A DNA stretch of 64,000 bases from a virus (IMGVR_UViG_3300011008_000045:1-64000); one strand, 5' to 3'; positions 52,273 to 62,782 are shown, numbered from the stretch's first letter. The notes: generated by a model not told the origin, from the letters alone. A program made the numbers and translations.

Positions 52273-52821
52273 ATGGATAGACGGATTAAATATGATTTAG
52301 ATCATTGTTATTTCATATCCGATACTCATTTTGGTGATAAAATAATGATTAGAGTATTTCATCGTCCATTTAATAATATAGATGAAATGAATAATACTAT
52401 ATATAATAATATAGTTAATACAGTTTCTAAAAATGATACCCTATTCTTCTTAGGTGATGGTGGTAGTAATCTTGAACCATTTGAACGACTTATAGTAGAA
52501 AAGAATATAAAATTAGTATGGATTCTTGGTAATCATGATGATCCCGACACTATTAATAGCCTCATAGGTGGATATAATGGGATTAAAATTTATGATAATC
52601 CTATAATGGTTGGTGGATTATGGTTATCTCATGAACCTATAGAATGTATATTGCCAGAATGCCCATATCTTAATATACATGGTCATACACATTTATTAAA
52701 TTATGGTAATGGTGGTAAGTGGTTAAATGGGAATAGATATTTTAATGTATCTGTAGAAGCTATAAATTATAAGCCTATATCATTAAACGATATAGCAAAA
52801 CAAATAGAATACTCGTTATAA
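52273..52821 (+). CDS. Calcineurin-like metallophosphoesterase
   Basis: ISDTHFG, LGD, GNHD, SHEP, HGHTH, NVSVE. Confidence 0.9.
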   Translation: MDRRIKYDLDHCYFISDTHFGDKIMIRVFHRPFNNIDEMNNTIYNNIVNTVSKNDTLFFLGDGGSNLEPFERLIVEKNIKLVWILGNHDDPDTINSLIGGYNGIKIYDNPIMVGGLWLSHEPIECILPECPYLNIHGHTHLLNYGNGGKWLNGNRYFNVSVEAINYKPISLNDIAKQIEYSL

Positions 52822-52916
52822 ATATAAAGTTTAAACTAATTTTTAATTATATATTATCTATATAGTAATACCATACCCGGTATTACTATAAATTTTCCCA
52901 AGGAGGATAATATGTT

Positions 52917-53588
52917 ATGTTAAATGAATTTAATTTTATATTTGGTAACGATCAAATTCATATTGAGTTTGATAAAAGCGGTATAGCTTGGTTTTATGGT
53001 CCAGAGATTGCTAAAGTATTAGAATATGAACATCCTGCTCATATGTATAGAATGCTTAGTAGTAATGAAATGAATACGGTCCACAAAGTGGACCGTATTC
53101 CATCTAGAGGAAATCCTAATATTATTATGATTAATGAACCTGGTTTATATCGTTGTATATTTAATTCTAGAAGTCCTAGAGCAGTAGAATTTCAGAATAA
53201 AGTATTCTATGATATTCTTCCTAGCATTAGACGGTATGGCGCTTATATTGATCCGGAAACTAGAGCTCAGTTAGATTCTAATCCTAATATTATTCATGAT
53301 CTTAATACTCGTATTACAGAATTAGAAAATCAACCTAAGCCTAACAAACAAATGTATGTGTTAGTAGATGAACATGTTAGAAGACATAAAGAAGAAATTA
53401 ATAGATTAAAAGGTATTAATAATAAGTTAAATAAAACTAATGAATATATCTCTAATGAACGTGATAATTATATTATTAGCGATAGAAATAATATGAAACA
53501 TGGTTTAGAGTTAGCTCAGGAAAATCGTATTTTAAAGAATAAATTAAATATGATTTATAACGTAGTTAATAATTTTCAATCCAATTAA
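52917..53588 (+). CDS. Bro-N domain protein with coiled coil
   Basis: WFYGPEIAKVLEY...INEPGLYRCIFNSRSPRA...ILPSIRRYGAY. Confidence 0.88.
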   Translation: MLNEFNFIFGNDQIHIEFDKSGIAWFYGPEIAKVLEYEHPAHMYRMLSSNEMNTVHKVDRIPSRGNPNIIMINEPGLYRCIFNSRSPRAVEFQNKVFYDILPSIRRYGAYIDPETRAQLDSNPNIIHDLNTRITELENQPKPNKQMYVLVDEHVRRHKEEINRLKGINNKLNKTNEYISNERDNYIISDRNNMKHGLELAQENRILKNKLNMIYNVVNNFQSN

Positions 53589-53660
53589 ATAAAATTAGTT
53601 TTATTATTTAATTATTAAAGTTTAAATGTTTAATTAAAAAGTATATTAAATATAGTTATA

Positions 53661-53800
53661 ATAAAGTATTTTATGAAATTTTACCTAGCATAGAGTATTC
53701 TATTGCACCTTATATATAGAATGCTTAATAGTAATGAAATGAATACTGTCCACAAAGTGGACAGTATTCAAAAGGGTATCCACTTTGTGGATACCCTTTA
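53661..53800 (+). pseudogene. Scrambled Bro-N relic with two tandem hairpins
   Basis: Diverged copies of about 53197-53227 and 53043-53100 in permuted order, plus a second hairpin like that at 19338. Confidence 0.6.
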
Positions 53801-53822
53801 AATTAAATTATGGGGTTTAACA

Positions 53823-54443
53823 ATGTTTACTATTATACGAAAAGATAAATTAATAAATAATGATTATTATAAAACTACTATTAAAGGAAATATAGCATTC
53901 TTTTGTACTAGATGTTATAAACCTATATTGGGTAGTACTGATTATAAGGATGATACTCATGGAGAACGTGGTGCTGAAGTATCTATGAATTTATCATATC
54001 ATATTAAGTGTCCTAGATGTGGTTATGTGTTTGATTGGAATGATCATCCATTAGATCCTAACATTGCGGAATCTATAGCTAGATTAAATGCTAAAGGTTA
54101 TAAGACTTTGTTTTCATGTGAAGGTCATTCTATTCATGATTATGCGTATATTTATTTTAGATATCCTAATCAGAGATATGTATTAAAATATATACCTATA
54201 GAAGAACCTTGGTATCAAAGAATATCTGCTGATAATGTGTTTGTATTAAAACCATATGATCTTAAGATTAAACAAAAGAATTCTACAGAATTCTGTATTG
54301 AAGCTTATCCTGATTCTAAGTTAGAAGATAGAGTAAAAGCATTAGATAGATGGGTTAGAAGATTACCTGCATGTAAAACTAGTGTATTTTATAAAAAATA
54401 TATACAATTACCAGTAAATAGTATTATCTGTAATAAAAACTAA
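53823..54443 (+). CDS. Zn-ribbon plus T-x-x-SCEGH domain protein (paralog 1)
   Basis: CTRC, CPRC, LDPNIAESIARLNAKGYKTLFSCEGH. Confidence 0.7.
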   Translation: MFTIIRKDKLINNDYYKTTIKGNIAFFCTRCYKPILGSTDYKDDTHGERGAEVSMNLSYHIKCPRCGYVFDWNDHPLDPNIAESIARLNAKGYKTLFSCEGHSIHDYAYIYFRYPNQRYVLKYIPIEEPWYQRISADNVFVLKPYDLKIKQKNSTEFCIEAYPDSKLEDRVKALDRWVRRLPACKTSVFYKKYIQLPVNSIICNKN

Positions 54444-54459
54444 GTGGAGGTTAATACAT

Positions 54460-54999
54460 ATGAAATTTTATGATTTCTCTGGATCTATGCGGACTAAGAA
54501 ATACCATGTACGTAACTCTTTGAGAGATGAATTCTCTCTCAGAGGAGTCGGAGCATTTATATGCCCTAAATGTGGTAAAGTAATATTTGCTAAATGTAAT
54601 ATTACTAAAGAAATATATCTTCTAGATGAAAATCTGGATGATGATGGATATGTTTATATGAATGAGTTTCAGATAAAGTGTCCATATTGTGCACACAAAT
54701 ATTCCCACATAGGGAATCCATTAGATCCTAACATTGCAGAGTCGATTGCAGAATTAAATTACAAGGGTTATATGACACGATACTCTTGTGAAGGTCATGA
54801 AAATAATTATCACCATAATGATAGTGCTTATATTAATTTTGCTGTTGATATTGCATCTACAGTAGAAAAATATCCACTACCACCAACATGGTATATGAGT
54901 GATAATTATACGATCAGGTCTTTTAAGAATTTAGATTTAGAAGATCGTGTAGTTATGTTATGGAAATGGGTAAATTGTTTACCTATTTATAAAGAATAA
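54460..54999 (+). CDS. Zn-ribbon plus T-x-x-SCEGH domain protein (paralog 2)
   Basis: CPKC, CPYC, LDPNIAESIAELNYKGYMTRYSCEGH. Confidence 0.7.
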   Translation: MKFYDFSGSMRTKKYHVRNSLRDEFSLRGVGAFICPKCGKVIFAKCNITKEIYLLDENLDDDGYVYMNEFQIKCPYCAHKYSHIGNPLDPNIAESIAELNYKGYMTRYSCEGHENNYHHNDSAYINFAVDIASTVEKYPLPPTWYMSDNYTIRSFKNLDLEDRVVMLWKWVNCLPIYKE

Positions 55000-55134
55000 T
55001 AAATTAAAATATATTTCTACCCGTAGGCTTAATATGGTCTACGGGTATGATAATGTTAATTTATTTTTTTCTCTTATAAATCCCCACGTAGGACATTTTT
55101 GTAAAAATTTATTTTTTTCGGAGGTGATTAATAT

Positions 55135-56127
55135 ATGGCTACCCTTGAGGATAAAATTGATAAAGATGGTATATTAAGATCTGTATTATCTAAGGATATT
55201 AATGGAACAGCATATGCTTTATATCCTAGGACGCATGCTGATTCTGTATTAATAGATGATACTACCATAGAATTAAAGATAAAGACTATATCATCTATAA
55301 TAAATAATATACAATCAATTACAGCAAAAGTTAATTCTGATTTATCATCTTTAATAAATTCTACTTATGATAAAGAATATATTACTACTAGTCTTGATAA
55401 TATTAATGAGACTATTAATGCTAACGGAGCTAATATTATAGCTCTACAGCAAGCATTATCTAGTATGAGTTATTATACACAAGACGAAGTAGATCAAGAA
55501 ATTAATAATATAGCTACTGATGTTAATAAATATATTAAATCTATAGATAATACTATTAATCAATTATCTACTTATATTAACTCTAATTTTGATAATACTG
55601 ATGTTATTGGTTCTAAATTACGCAATATAAATCAGTCTTTAATAGAATATAAAGAATTATTAAATTACGAGTACAATAATTATTGTAATCAATTCCAAGT
55701 AGATATTTTATCTGATGTTAATGATAAGATGGCCACATATTATACTATACGTGAAGTGGATAATAAGGTTGATAAAATAGATAATGATATTAATACTTTA
55801 GAAGATAAATTTAGAGTCACTAAAGGAGATTTGATAGCTATGAATGGAACTAGCGAGAATAATGTTAATAATCATGTAGACTTAGTAAAGAAAGATATTA
55901 TAGATAATACTAATAATAATTTAGAATTATTATCTAATAATCTTTCTAATAAATTTATTAATTCTGCTACTACTATAACTAAACAGAATGAAACCCTCAT
56001 AGGTTCTTTAGGAGAAATGAATTCGTCTGTTAATAGTGAATTAAATGTTATTAAAGATATGCTTACATCTCTCGGAGCTAGTTCATCTATAACTACGTAT
56101 GAATCTGCTGATGAGGAGGCGTATTAA
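55135..56127 (+). CDS. Coiled-coil tail fibre/whisker-like protein
   Basis: N-terminal LYPRTHAD motif, YYT-x-x-EVD repeats; late motif upstream. Confidence 0.6.
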   Translation: MATLEDKIDKDGILRSVLSKDINGTAYALYPRTHADSVLIDDTTIELKIKTISSIINNIQSITAKVNSDLSSLINSTYDKEYITTSLDNINETINANGANIIALQQALSSMSYYTQDEVDQEINNIATDVNKYIKSIDNTINQLSTYINSNFDNTDVIGSKLRNINQSLIEYKELLNYEYNNYCNQFQVDILSDVNDKMATYYTIREVDNKVDKIDNDINTLEDKFRVTKGDLIAMNGTSENNVNNHVDLVKKDIIDNTNNNLELLSNNLSNKFINSATTITKQNETLIGSLGEMNSSVNSELNVIKDMLTSLGASSSITTYESADEEAY

Positions 56128-56128
56128 T

Positions 56129-57637
56129 ATGGCATTAAAATTAACTGATGATAATATATATAAATCTATAGCCGAAGCTATAAGAGATAAATTAGGTACA
56201 TCTAAAAAATATAAACCTGGAGAAATGGCTAGCGCTATAAATTCTATTAATACTGAAGGATTTAATTTTTCTGAAGATATATTAATAATAAATTCCGAAG
56301 GCACTCATGATGTAAAAAATTATACTAAAGCATTAGTACAAATACCATTAACGGATAAAATATCTGGTAGTAAAAATATAACTACTAATGGACAGTATGA
56401 TATATCTACTTATGAAACAATTAATGTTGAAGTTCCTACATATCCTACGAATGGAACTATAACTATAGATAGAAATTATGAAGAACCTATAGATGTATCT
56501 AAGTATGAAAAGGCTATAGTTAATGTAACTGCAGAACGTATTGATACTGGAGAAATGGATATCATAGAGAATGGAACTTATGATGTTATAGGTAAAGGAT
56601 TTGTTCATGTTAACGTTCCTGTAGAGGGTGCTGATGTCTCTGGTGTTAGGCATTTTTCCGAGAATACTACTGAACAGGTAGATGTATCTAATATTAAATA
56701 TGTGTTAGTTGAAGTTCCACCATCTGCTGTAGTATCAGGAACTTATCCGATAAATAAGAATGGAACTTATGACATTACACCATATAAAGAAGTTAATGTT
56801 AATATACCTGTAGAGGATTTAGTACTTGGTTCTAAGGCTATTGTTAGAAATGGTAGATTTGATATAACAAAATATAAATACGTTGATGTTAAAGTACCGA
56901 TGCTCGAAGGCCCTGAAGGAAATTATACTATAAATGCTAATGGAGTTTATGATGTAGCTAAGTACGAAACTGTTACTGTGAATATGACACCATATTCTTT
57001 AGCTACTGGAACTAAAACTATTACTAATAATGGAACTAATATAGATGTAGCAGAATGTAGAACTGTAACTGTAGATGTGCCTGTGGAGAATTTATGCTAT
57101 GGTACTAAAGAAATTAATGTTAATGGAGAGCATAATGTTGTTGGATATGAAAAAGTATTAATTAAAGTTCCACAGAGAGATGAAGCATCCGGTAATATTA
57201 ATATTACTGAGAATGGAAGTTATGATATTAAAACTATTGCTACAGCAACAGTAAATGTACCACCATCTGCCGTAGTAGCTGGTAATCTTAATATCACTGA
57301 AAATACTGGTAATAGCTCATTTATAGATGTAACAAGTTATAAAACTGTAACTGTTAATGTGAATCCTGCGGGAGTTGATAATGGAATATTAGCTATAAAT
57401 AAACCAGGAACACATAATGTTATAGGATATGCATTTGTAGATATTGATATTAAAGCTAAAGATGTTGTCGAAGGAACTAAGATTATTACTACATCAGGAA
57501 TACATGATGTAACAGACTATGCTAATGTACAAGTAGTTATTGGAGGAAGTTCTGGTACTGGAGTCGGAGTAGTAATAAATAATGATGGTGGTATTATATT
57601 ATCTTCTACTGGTAGTAGTTCTATTATTATAGGTTAG
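56129..57637 (+). CDS. Tail fibre-like protein with ~30-aa beta repeats
   Basis: gaggagg RBS before ATG 56129; more than 12 repeats of I-x-x-NG-x-YDV-x-x-Y-x-x-V-x-V-x-VP. Confidence 0.7.
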   Translation: MALKLTDDNIYKSIAEAIRDKLGTSKKYKPGEMASAINSINTEGFNFSEDILIINSEGTHDVKNYTKALVQIPLTDKISGSKNITTNGQYDISTYETINVEVPTYPTNGTITIDRNYEEPIDVSKYEKAIVNVTAERIDTGEMDIIENGTYDVIGKGFVHVNVPVEGADVSGVRHFSENTTEQVDVSNIKYVLVEVPPSAVVSGTYPINKNGTYDITPYKEVNVNIPVEDLVLGSKAIVRNGRFDITKYKYVDVKVPMLEGPEGNYTINANGVYDVAKYETVTVNMTPYSLATGTKTITNNGTNIDVAECRTVTVDVPVENLCYGTKEINVNGEHNVVGYEKVLIKVPQRDEASGNINITENGSYDIKTIATATVNVPPSAVVAGNLNITENTGNSSFIDVTSYKTVTVNVNPAGVDNGILAINKPGTHNVIGYAFVDIDIKAKDVVEGTKIITTSGIHDVTDYANVQVVIGGSSGTGVGVVINNDGGIILSSTGSSSIIIG

Positions 57638-57651
57638 GAAGTGAATATTTA

Positions 57652-59061
57652 ATGAGTAATATAAAATTTTCATATTTTAATGATGGTACTAATAAAGCTG
57701 TGGCTATGAATGCTTTAAAAATATCTGATGATAAAAAGACTATAACACTATATGCTTTTGAAGATCCTAGCTTTGAGTCTAATATAGAGTTACCTGATTA
57801 TGATAGTACTATCTCTATATCTACTAAATCTCCTATAAGGGGAGTGGTTAATATTGGAGAATATATAACTGATATGTCTGGAGATAGTACAGACATTATA
57901 CAGAATAAAATAGATGAATTATCTGAATCTGGCGGAGGAGTAGTCTGGTTAGGATCTGGAGTTTATTATATATCTGGTTTAACTATGAAACCTAAAGTGA
58001 GTCTTATGGGTAATGGAGAAGCTAAGACTATATTGTATAGATTAGAAAATAAAACTATATCTTCTAATATTACTGTAACTGATGATTTTCATTCTGGTAG
58101 ATCATTCATACAAGTGCCAGTAAATTGCTGTGGTTGCAGTATTAGTAATATGACTCTTTATGGTGGGGCTACGATAGCAGAATCTAATGATAGATCGACT
58201 CAAGTAGCTGGTATTGTTACATATAATGAAAATAATGTTATTAATGGTATTAATTTCTTAAATACTCCATTTACAATAACTGATGCTGATGGTAATTCTT
58301 CTAATCCTTATAATGCTCATAGATCATCTGAAGAATATACTGACTTGACTTCATATAAATTCTGTAAAGTAGAAAATGTTTCCATCATAGGATTCTCTGG
58401 TTCCGGTCTCATCATAGGAGTTAATTGTGAGAATGTTATGATTAATAATGTAACATCTAATATGAATCGTTATGAAGGATTTATTAATGCCGGAACGGCT
58501 ATACAGAGTAGTAATATAGAGCTTATTGGTAATGGCGGCCATGGATTATACAATTTAGGTTCTACCAATCAGTATAATAATATAAAATCATTATATAATG
58601 GTAAATATAGTCATTTTACATTATATGGAATATATATGGATGGAGAGTACTCTTCTATTAATAATGTAATATCTGAGTTTAATTATTGCACCGGAGTTAA
58701 AATAGCAGGTACATATAATTCTATCTCTAATTTATTATCTAACTGTAATGGTGGTAGATCATCTCAGGATGAAGATGGAGCTAATGCTAATGCATTAGAC
58801 TTATCATCTATCATTTTAACTGGAGAGAATAATTCTATTCAGGGAAGAATTACTAATAGTTATAATAATAGTTATAGAGTTGCTTTAAGATCATTTGAGA
58901 TGGATGAGAATGCTAATAATTGTATAGTCGATTTATTAGTAGCATCTAATTCTGGTTATAGAAATTCTATTATATGGCCCGATCAAAATCTTGATCATAA
59001 TGTATATAATGATAGTGAGAATTTCGGTAATAATTATATTAAACTTTTTAAGGTGGTGTAA
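57652..59061 (+). CDS. Pectate-lyase-like beta-helix tailspike/depolymerase
   Basis: DST-x-x-IQ-x-x-ID...GGGVVWL-x-x-G-x-Y...L-x-G-x-G-x-x-x-T, then N-rich beta-helix turns. Confidence 0.75.
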   Translation: MSNIKFSYFNDGTNKAVAMNALKISDDKKTITLYAFEDPSFESNIELPDYDSTISISTKSPIRGVVNIGEYITDMSGDSTDIIQNKIDELSESGGGVVWLGSGVYYISGLTMKPKVSLMGNGEAKTILYRLENKTISSNITVTDDFHSGRSFIQVPVNCCGCSISNMTLYGGATIAESNDRSTQVAGIVTYNENNVINGINFLNTPFTITDADGNSSNPYNAHRSSEEYTDLTSYKFCKVENVSIIGFSGSGLIIGVNCENVMINNVTSNMNRYEGFINAGTAIQSSNIELIGNGGHGLYNLGSTNQYNNIKSLYNGKYSHFTLYGIYMDGEYSSINNVISEFNYCTGVKIAGTYNSISNLLSNCNGGRSSQDEDGANANALDLSSIILTGENNSIQGRITNSYNNSYRVALRSFEMDENANNCIVDLLVASNSGYRNSIIWPDQNLDHNVYNDSENFGNNYIKLFKVV

Positions 59062-59713
59062 TATGGTTAATAAAATTATAAATCCATCGTATCCACGCAG
59101 AATAATACGCGGAATTTCTCTTAATATAAGATTTTCTGATAATATAGATTCTTATTGTGTGAAAGTCGATAATATAAATAGACCTGGCTCGGCTATAAGT
59201 TTTAATTTAAAATATGTAGATACTTGTAATAATGTTATAAGTTTATATAATGCTCATATTGTTAGAGTTGATTATACTTTAAGTTCTTCATATAAATTAT
59301 CTCCACAGCATTATAGCAATAATCAGTATAATGATATCATTATCAGGGGAATATTATTAGCAACACAGAAGAATGGATATATTTATTCTAATAAGAATGA
59401 AATATTTAATAGTAAGCTTAATCCAGTAGAAGTATTACCTGAGATTGAATATTATGCTTGTTTTGATGATAAGCATATTACTCATAGTATTGTTGGTGAT
59501 AGATTTATCGATACTGGATTTCTTGATCCTATGGATGATACATTTTTATCATCAGATGGGTACACTGTACATGCATTCGGATATTCTATAGATCATTCAT
59601 TAAAAATATGTGTAAATTCTATAGCTCTTAAAGATGAAAATGATATAGTGTCTGCTCATAAATTTAAAGATAATCTTATCGAAGGGCATCCTAGAGATTT
59701 TGCCACGTCTTAG
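58991..59713 (+). CDS. Hypothetical tail-associated protein
   Basis: Likely start ATG 59063 after aaggtgg. Confidence 0.6.
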   Translation: MIIMYIMIVRISVIIILNFLRWCNMVNKIINPSYPRRIIRGISLNIRFSDNIDSYCVKVDNINRPGSAISFNLKYVDTCNNVISLYNAHIVRVDYTLSSSYKLSPQHYSNNQYNDIIIRGILLATQKNGYIYSNKNEIFNSKLNPVEVLPEIEYYACFDDKHITHSIVGDRFIDTGFLDPMDDTFLSSDGYTVHAFGYSIDHSLKICVNSIALKDENDIVSAHKFKDNLIEGHPRDFATS

Positions 59714-59783
59714 GAAAACATTTTATTAAAAATCCTAAAGATTTTATTATTATTTCTTATTAATATAAAGGAGTGAATTTAAA

Positions 59784-61358
59784 ATGGCTAGAATGTTTCG
59801 TTCCGATCAGGAAGTTATTCTTGGTGTTAAGTTTACTACTAAATTCGAAGATGATTCTATAGCAGAGCATATATTTAAAGTCGGCGATGTTATCGAAGGT
59901 TTGCGTTATATACTTGATGGAGAGATCGTCACACTTAGTGGTAAACTTTCTAAAATTAATTATTCGGTGGTTTTAAGATCAACATTTAGCAAGAATAATC
60001 CTACGAATACGTTAGTTAAAGATGTTACTATTACGAGTATTGATATCGATGCTTCATCAGAATATAATTCAAATATTATCTCGGTTCCCGTACAGGAAGT
60101 TGTTGAATGGGAAGATGAGAAAGATGTTGCTAGAATATTAGTTGAACCTATGTTCTATGTAACATTAACTTTGAATTATAGTGATAGATCATCTAAGTTT
60201 GCAGATATTACTGTTGGTGATAGATTTAATAATGTTAAAATATTTAATCCTTCTGATCCTGAGAATCTTATCACTGGCATCTTTAATGTTAAAGCATTTA
60301 GTTATACTATTTCTAATAGGACTTTTAATCTTACTGGAATCGTATTTGAAGATGATACTGGTAAGAGAGTTTCTGCTGACTTTGATTATGTATTTGGTCT
60401 TAATGAAGTTTATACTTATGAACCTGAAGATATAGCATCTGCCATTGAAGCTATGAGTAAACTTGCAGATGGTGATACTATTACTTTCTCAACGCCTATT
60501 GATAATAGTTCTGAATCTGGGCCTATTGTTATTGATGGGGTTAAAGAAGTTAGTATTAAAATGAATTCTGATATTATGACTACTAATAGTGGCTCAAGTC
60601 AGATGCAGATTACTAATAGCTCAGCAACTTTCTCAGGTGAAGGAAAATTCAAAACAAATACACCTTATGATAATAATCATAGTTCAACGGTACTTAAAAT
60701 TGGTACTGGTTCTGAAGTTACATTTAATGGTTCTGGATGCTCTACAGATCTTGAAGATGTTGATAAAGGCCAATTTGGTATTGGTGTATTTGGTGATGCT
60801 AAAGTTACTGTTAATAGTGGTGATTTTGAGGCAGGTTGGTACGCATTTGCTGAAAACGGAACACAAACCGGATCATTAATAACTATTAATGATGGTACAT
60901 TTGTATCAAAAGGTGATTATACTCTTTACTTCCCGGCTAATGCTGAACGTGTTATTAATGGTGGTTCATTTGCTGGCGTTGCTGGTTGTGTTGCTATGAA
61001 TAATGGTAAACTTACTATTAATGATGGTACGTTTGTTGGTGGTTCAGGTTCATTAGTTACAACAGAATATAGCCAGGATGGAACTTATACTCTTCAGAAT
61101 AAAGTTGCTGTTATCAATATCAATGCTAAATACGGCAATTGTGAAGTTCGTATTACTGGTGGTAAATTTATTACATCAGATGATACAGCTCCGGTTGTTG
61201 CTATTGCCACGAATTCTAACTATACAATTGATGTACAGGTTAGTGGCGGTTTATTTAGTGCTAAATTTGATGAAGCTTTGCTTGCTGAAGGATATAAGTT
61301 TACAGAAGAAAAGAATTCTGACGGCTTCTATGAGGTAGTTGCTATAGTGAATGATTAA
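59784..61358 (+). CDS. Virion protein with C-terminal beta-helix repeats
   Basis: TIN(D/G)GTF repeats; late motif; aaaggag RBS. Confidence 0.65.
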   Translation: MARMFRSDQEVILGVKFTTKFEDDSIAEHIFKVGDVIEGLRYILDGEIVTLSGKLSKINYSVVLRSTFSKNNPTNTLVKDVTITSIDIDASSEYNSNIISVPVQEVVEWEDEKDVARILVEPMFYVTLTLNYSDRSSKFADITVGDRFNNVKIFNPSDPENLITGIFNVKAFSYTISNRTFNLTGIVFEDDTGKRVSADFDYVFGLNEVYTYEPEDIASAIEAMSKLADGDTITFSTPIDNSSESGPIVIDGVKEVSIKMNSDIMTTNSGSSQMQITNSSATFSGEGKFKTNTPYDNNHSSTVLKIGTGSEVTFNGSGCSTDLEDVDKGQFGIGVFGDAKVTVNSGDFEAGWYAFAENGTQTGSLITINDGTFVSKGDYTLYFPANAERVINGGSFAGVAGCVAMNNGKLTINDGTFVGGSGSLVTTEYSQDGTYTLQNKVAVININAKYGNCEVRITGGKFITSDDTAPVVAIATNSNYTIDVQVSGGLFSAKFDEALLAEGYKFTEEKNSDGFYEVVAIVND

Positions 61359-61536
61359 TTAATTTAATTTTATATGTATTTATGGAGTAGAGATAATATT
61401 CTCTACTCTATCTATTTTCTAAATTGCCTGGGTTTAATATTAGACATTATTAGTAAAGCGTTTTACACGATTTATTTATAATTTTTTAATTATAGTATAA
61501 CGTTTAATATTATATTAATAGGAGGTAAAGTATATT

Positions 61537-62436
61537 ATGGCTATTAAGAAGATTTTACTTCAGAAAATGGTTTCAGGTGCTCTTACTGATCTTTATCCAA
61601 AGACTGATGCTAGCATCGTTGCTTATACTCGTGTTGAAGGGACCGGAGCTGAACAGACAAGTACGCTTACTACAGTAGAGGCCGAGCTTGCAGCATTGCT
61701 TGCTAAGTTTGCTGACTACAGCACTACAACAGAGATGGAGACCGCTATCGCTACGGCGAAGAGCGAAATTCTTGGTGATGAAAATCTTGATGCTACGCTT
61801 GATACAATCAAAGAACTTCAGGATTGGATTAAAGCTAATGGTGCAGATGCAACGAACTTGCTTTCACGTTTAGTCACTCTTGAAGGTTATGTTGGAGTTG
61901 CGGCTGATGGTTCAGATCCTGCAACAGGTTTGTTCCTTGCGATCGATAATATCAATGATGATCTTGGTGCTGCTTATACAGCTGGTCAGGCAACGGTTAA
62001 AGGTCATATTGCTGATCTTGAGGCTGATCTTGGTGCTTCATATGCAACAGCTGCTACACCTACAACGGTAAAGAATCACATTGCTAATATTGAAGCAGAT
62101 GTTGGTGCTGAATATGCGGCTGGAGCTGCAACAGTTAAAGGTCACATCAAAGATCTTGAAAATGATGTTGATGCTCTTGAGACAGCTCTTGGCGCAGCTT
62201 CAACTTCAGGTGCTAATCCGACAGCAGCTACTGGTTTGTTTGCTCAGGTTGAGACTCTTGAAGGATATGTTGGTGTACCTGCTCAGGGTCAGGATCCTGC
62301 AACTGGACTCTTCCTTGCAGTCGATCAGCTTAATGCTAGAGCAAATGCTGCATTCACGTTTGTTGCTTCAACGGAGACAGCTCCCACATCAGCGACTGCA
62401 GATGAGAGTATTCTTTATGCTGTCGAAATCGCGTAG
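61537..62436 (+). CDS. Ala-rich coiled-coil fibre protein
   Basis: N-terminal LYPKTDA, LDTIKEL, ATGLF and TVKGHI repeats. Confidence 0.7.
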   Translation: MAIKKILLQKMVSGALTDLYPKTDASIVAYTRVEGTGAEQTSTLTTVEAELAALLAKFADYSTTTEMETAIATAKSEILGDENLDATLDTIKELQDWIKANGADATNLLSRLVTLEGYVGVAADGSDPATGLFLAIDNINDDLGAAYTAGQATVKGHIADLEADLGASYATAATPTTVKNHIANIEADVGAEYAAGAATVKGHIKDLENDVDALETALGAASTSGANPTAATGLFAQVETLEGYVGVPAQGQDPATGLFLAVDQLNARANAAFTFVASTETAPTSATADESILYAVEIA

Positions 62437-62518
62437 TTTAATTAATAACTAATCATATAAAGTTGATAGTCATTAACTAAATCTGTATTTACTGTTTGAT
62501 TCAACTTTATATTAATAT

Positions 62519-62782
62519 ATGAATGAGAACGAACAGTATGAGAGGATGGTGTATTTAATGGCTAAAAATGTTAAATTACAGAAGAAGATTAGCGGTACTT
62601 TACAAGATATTAATCCTAGAACCATAGCATCCGTGGTTTATATGAATGATGGAGTGACTACACTTCAAAGTTATCTTGAAGATTTAGTTGATAAATTAAA
62701 TATGAATCAGGTGTATATGACTGATAGTAATAGTGAATATCTTGTTGATTCCGATAATACGAAATTAGTTGCGGTTTATTAG
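62519..62782 (+). CDS. Small fibre-associated protein
   Basis: Likely start ATG 62558; N-terminus LQKKISG-x-L-x-DI-x-PRT similar to 61537. Confidence 0.65.
   Translation: MNENEQYERMVYLMAKNVKLQKKISGTLQDINPRTIASVVYMNDGVTTLQSYLEDLVDKLNMNQVYMTDSNSEYLVDSDNTKLVAVY

Noticed and set aside
53661-53800. DGR template repeat
   Set aside because: Differences from the Bro gene are not confined to adenines, the fragments are permuted, and no reverse transcriptase is in the window.
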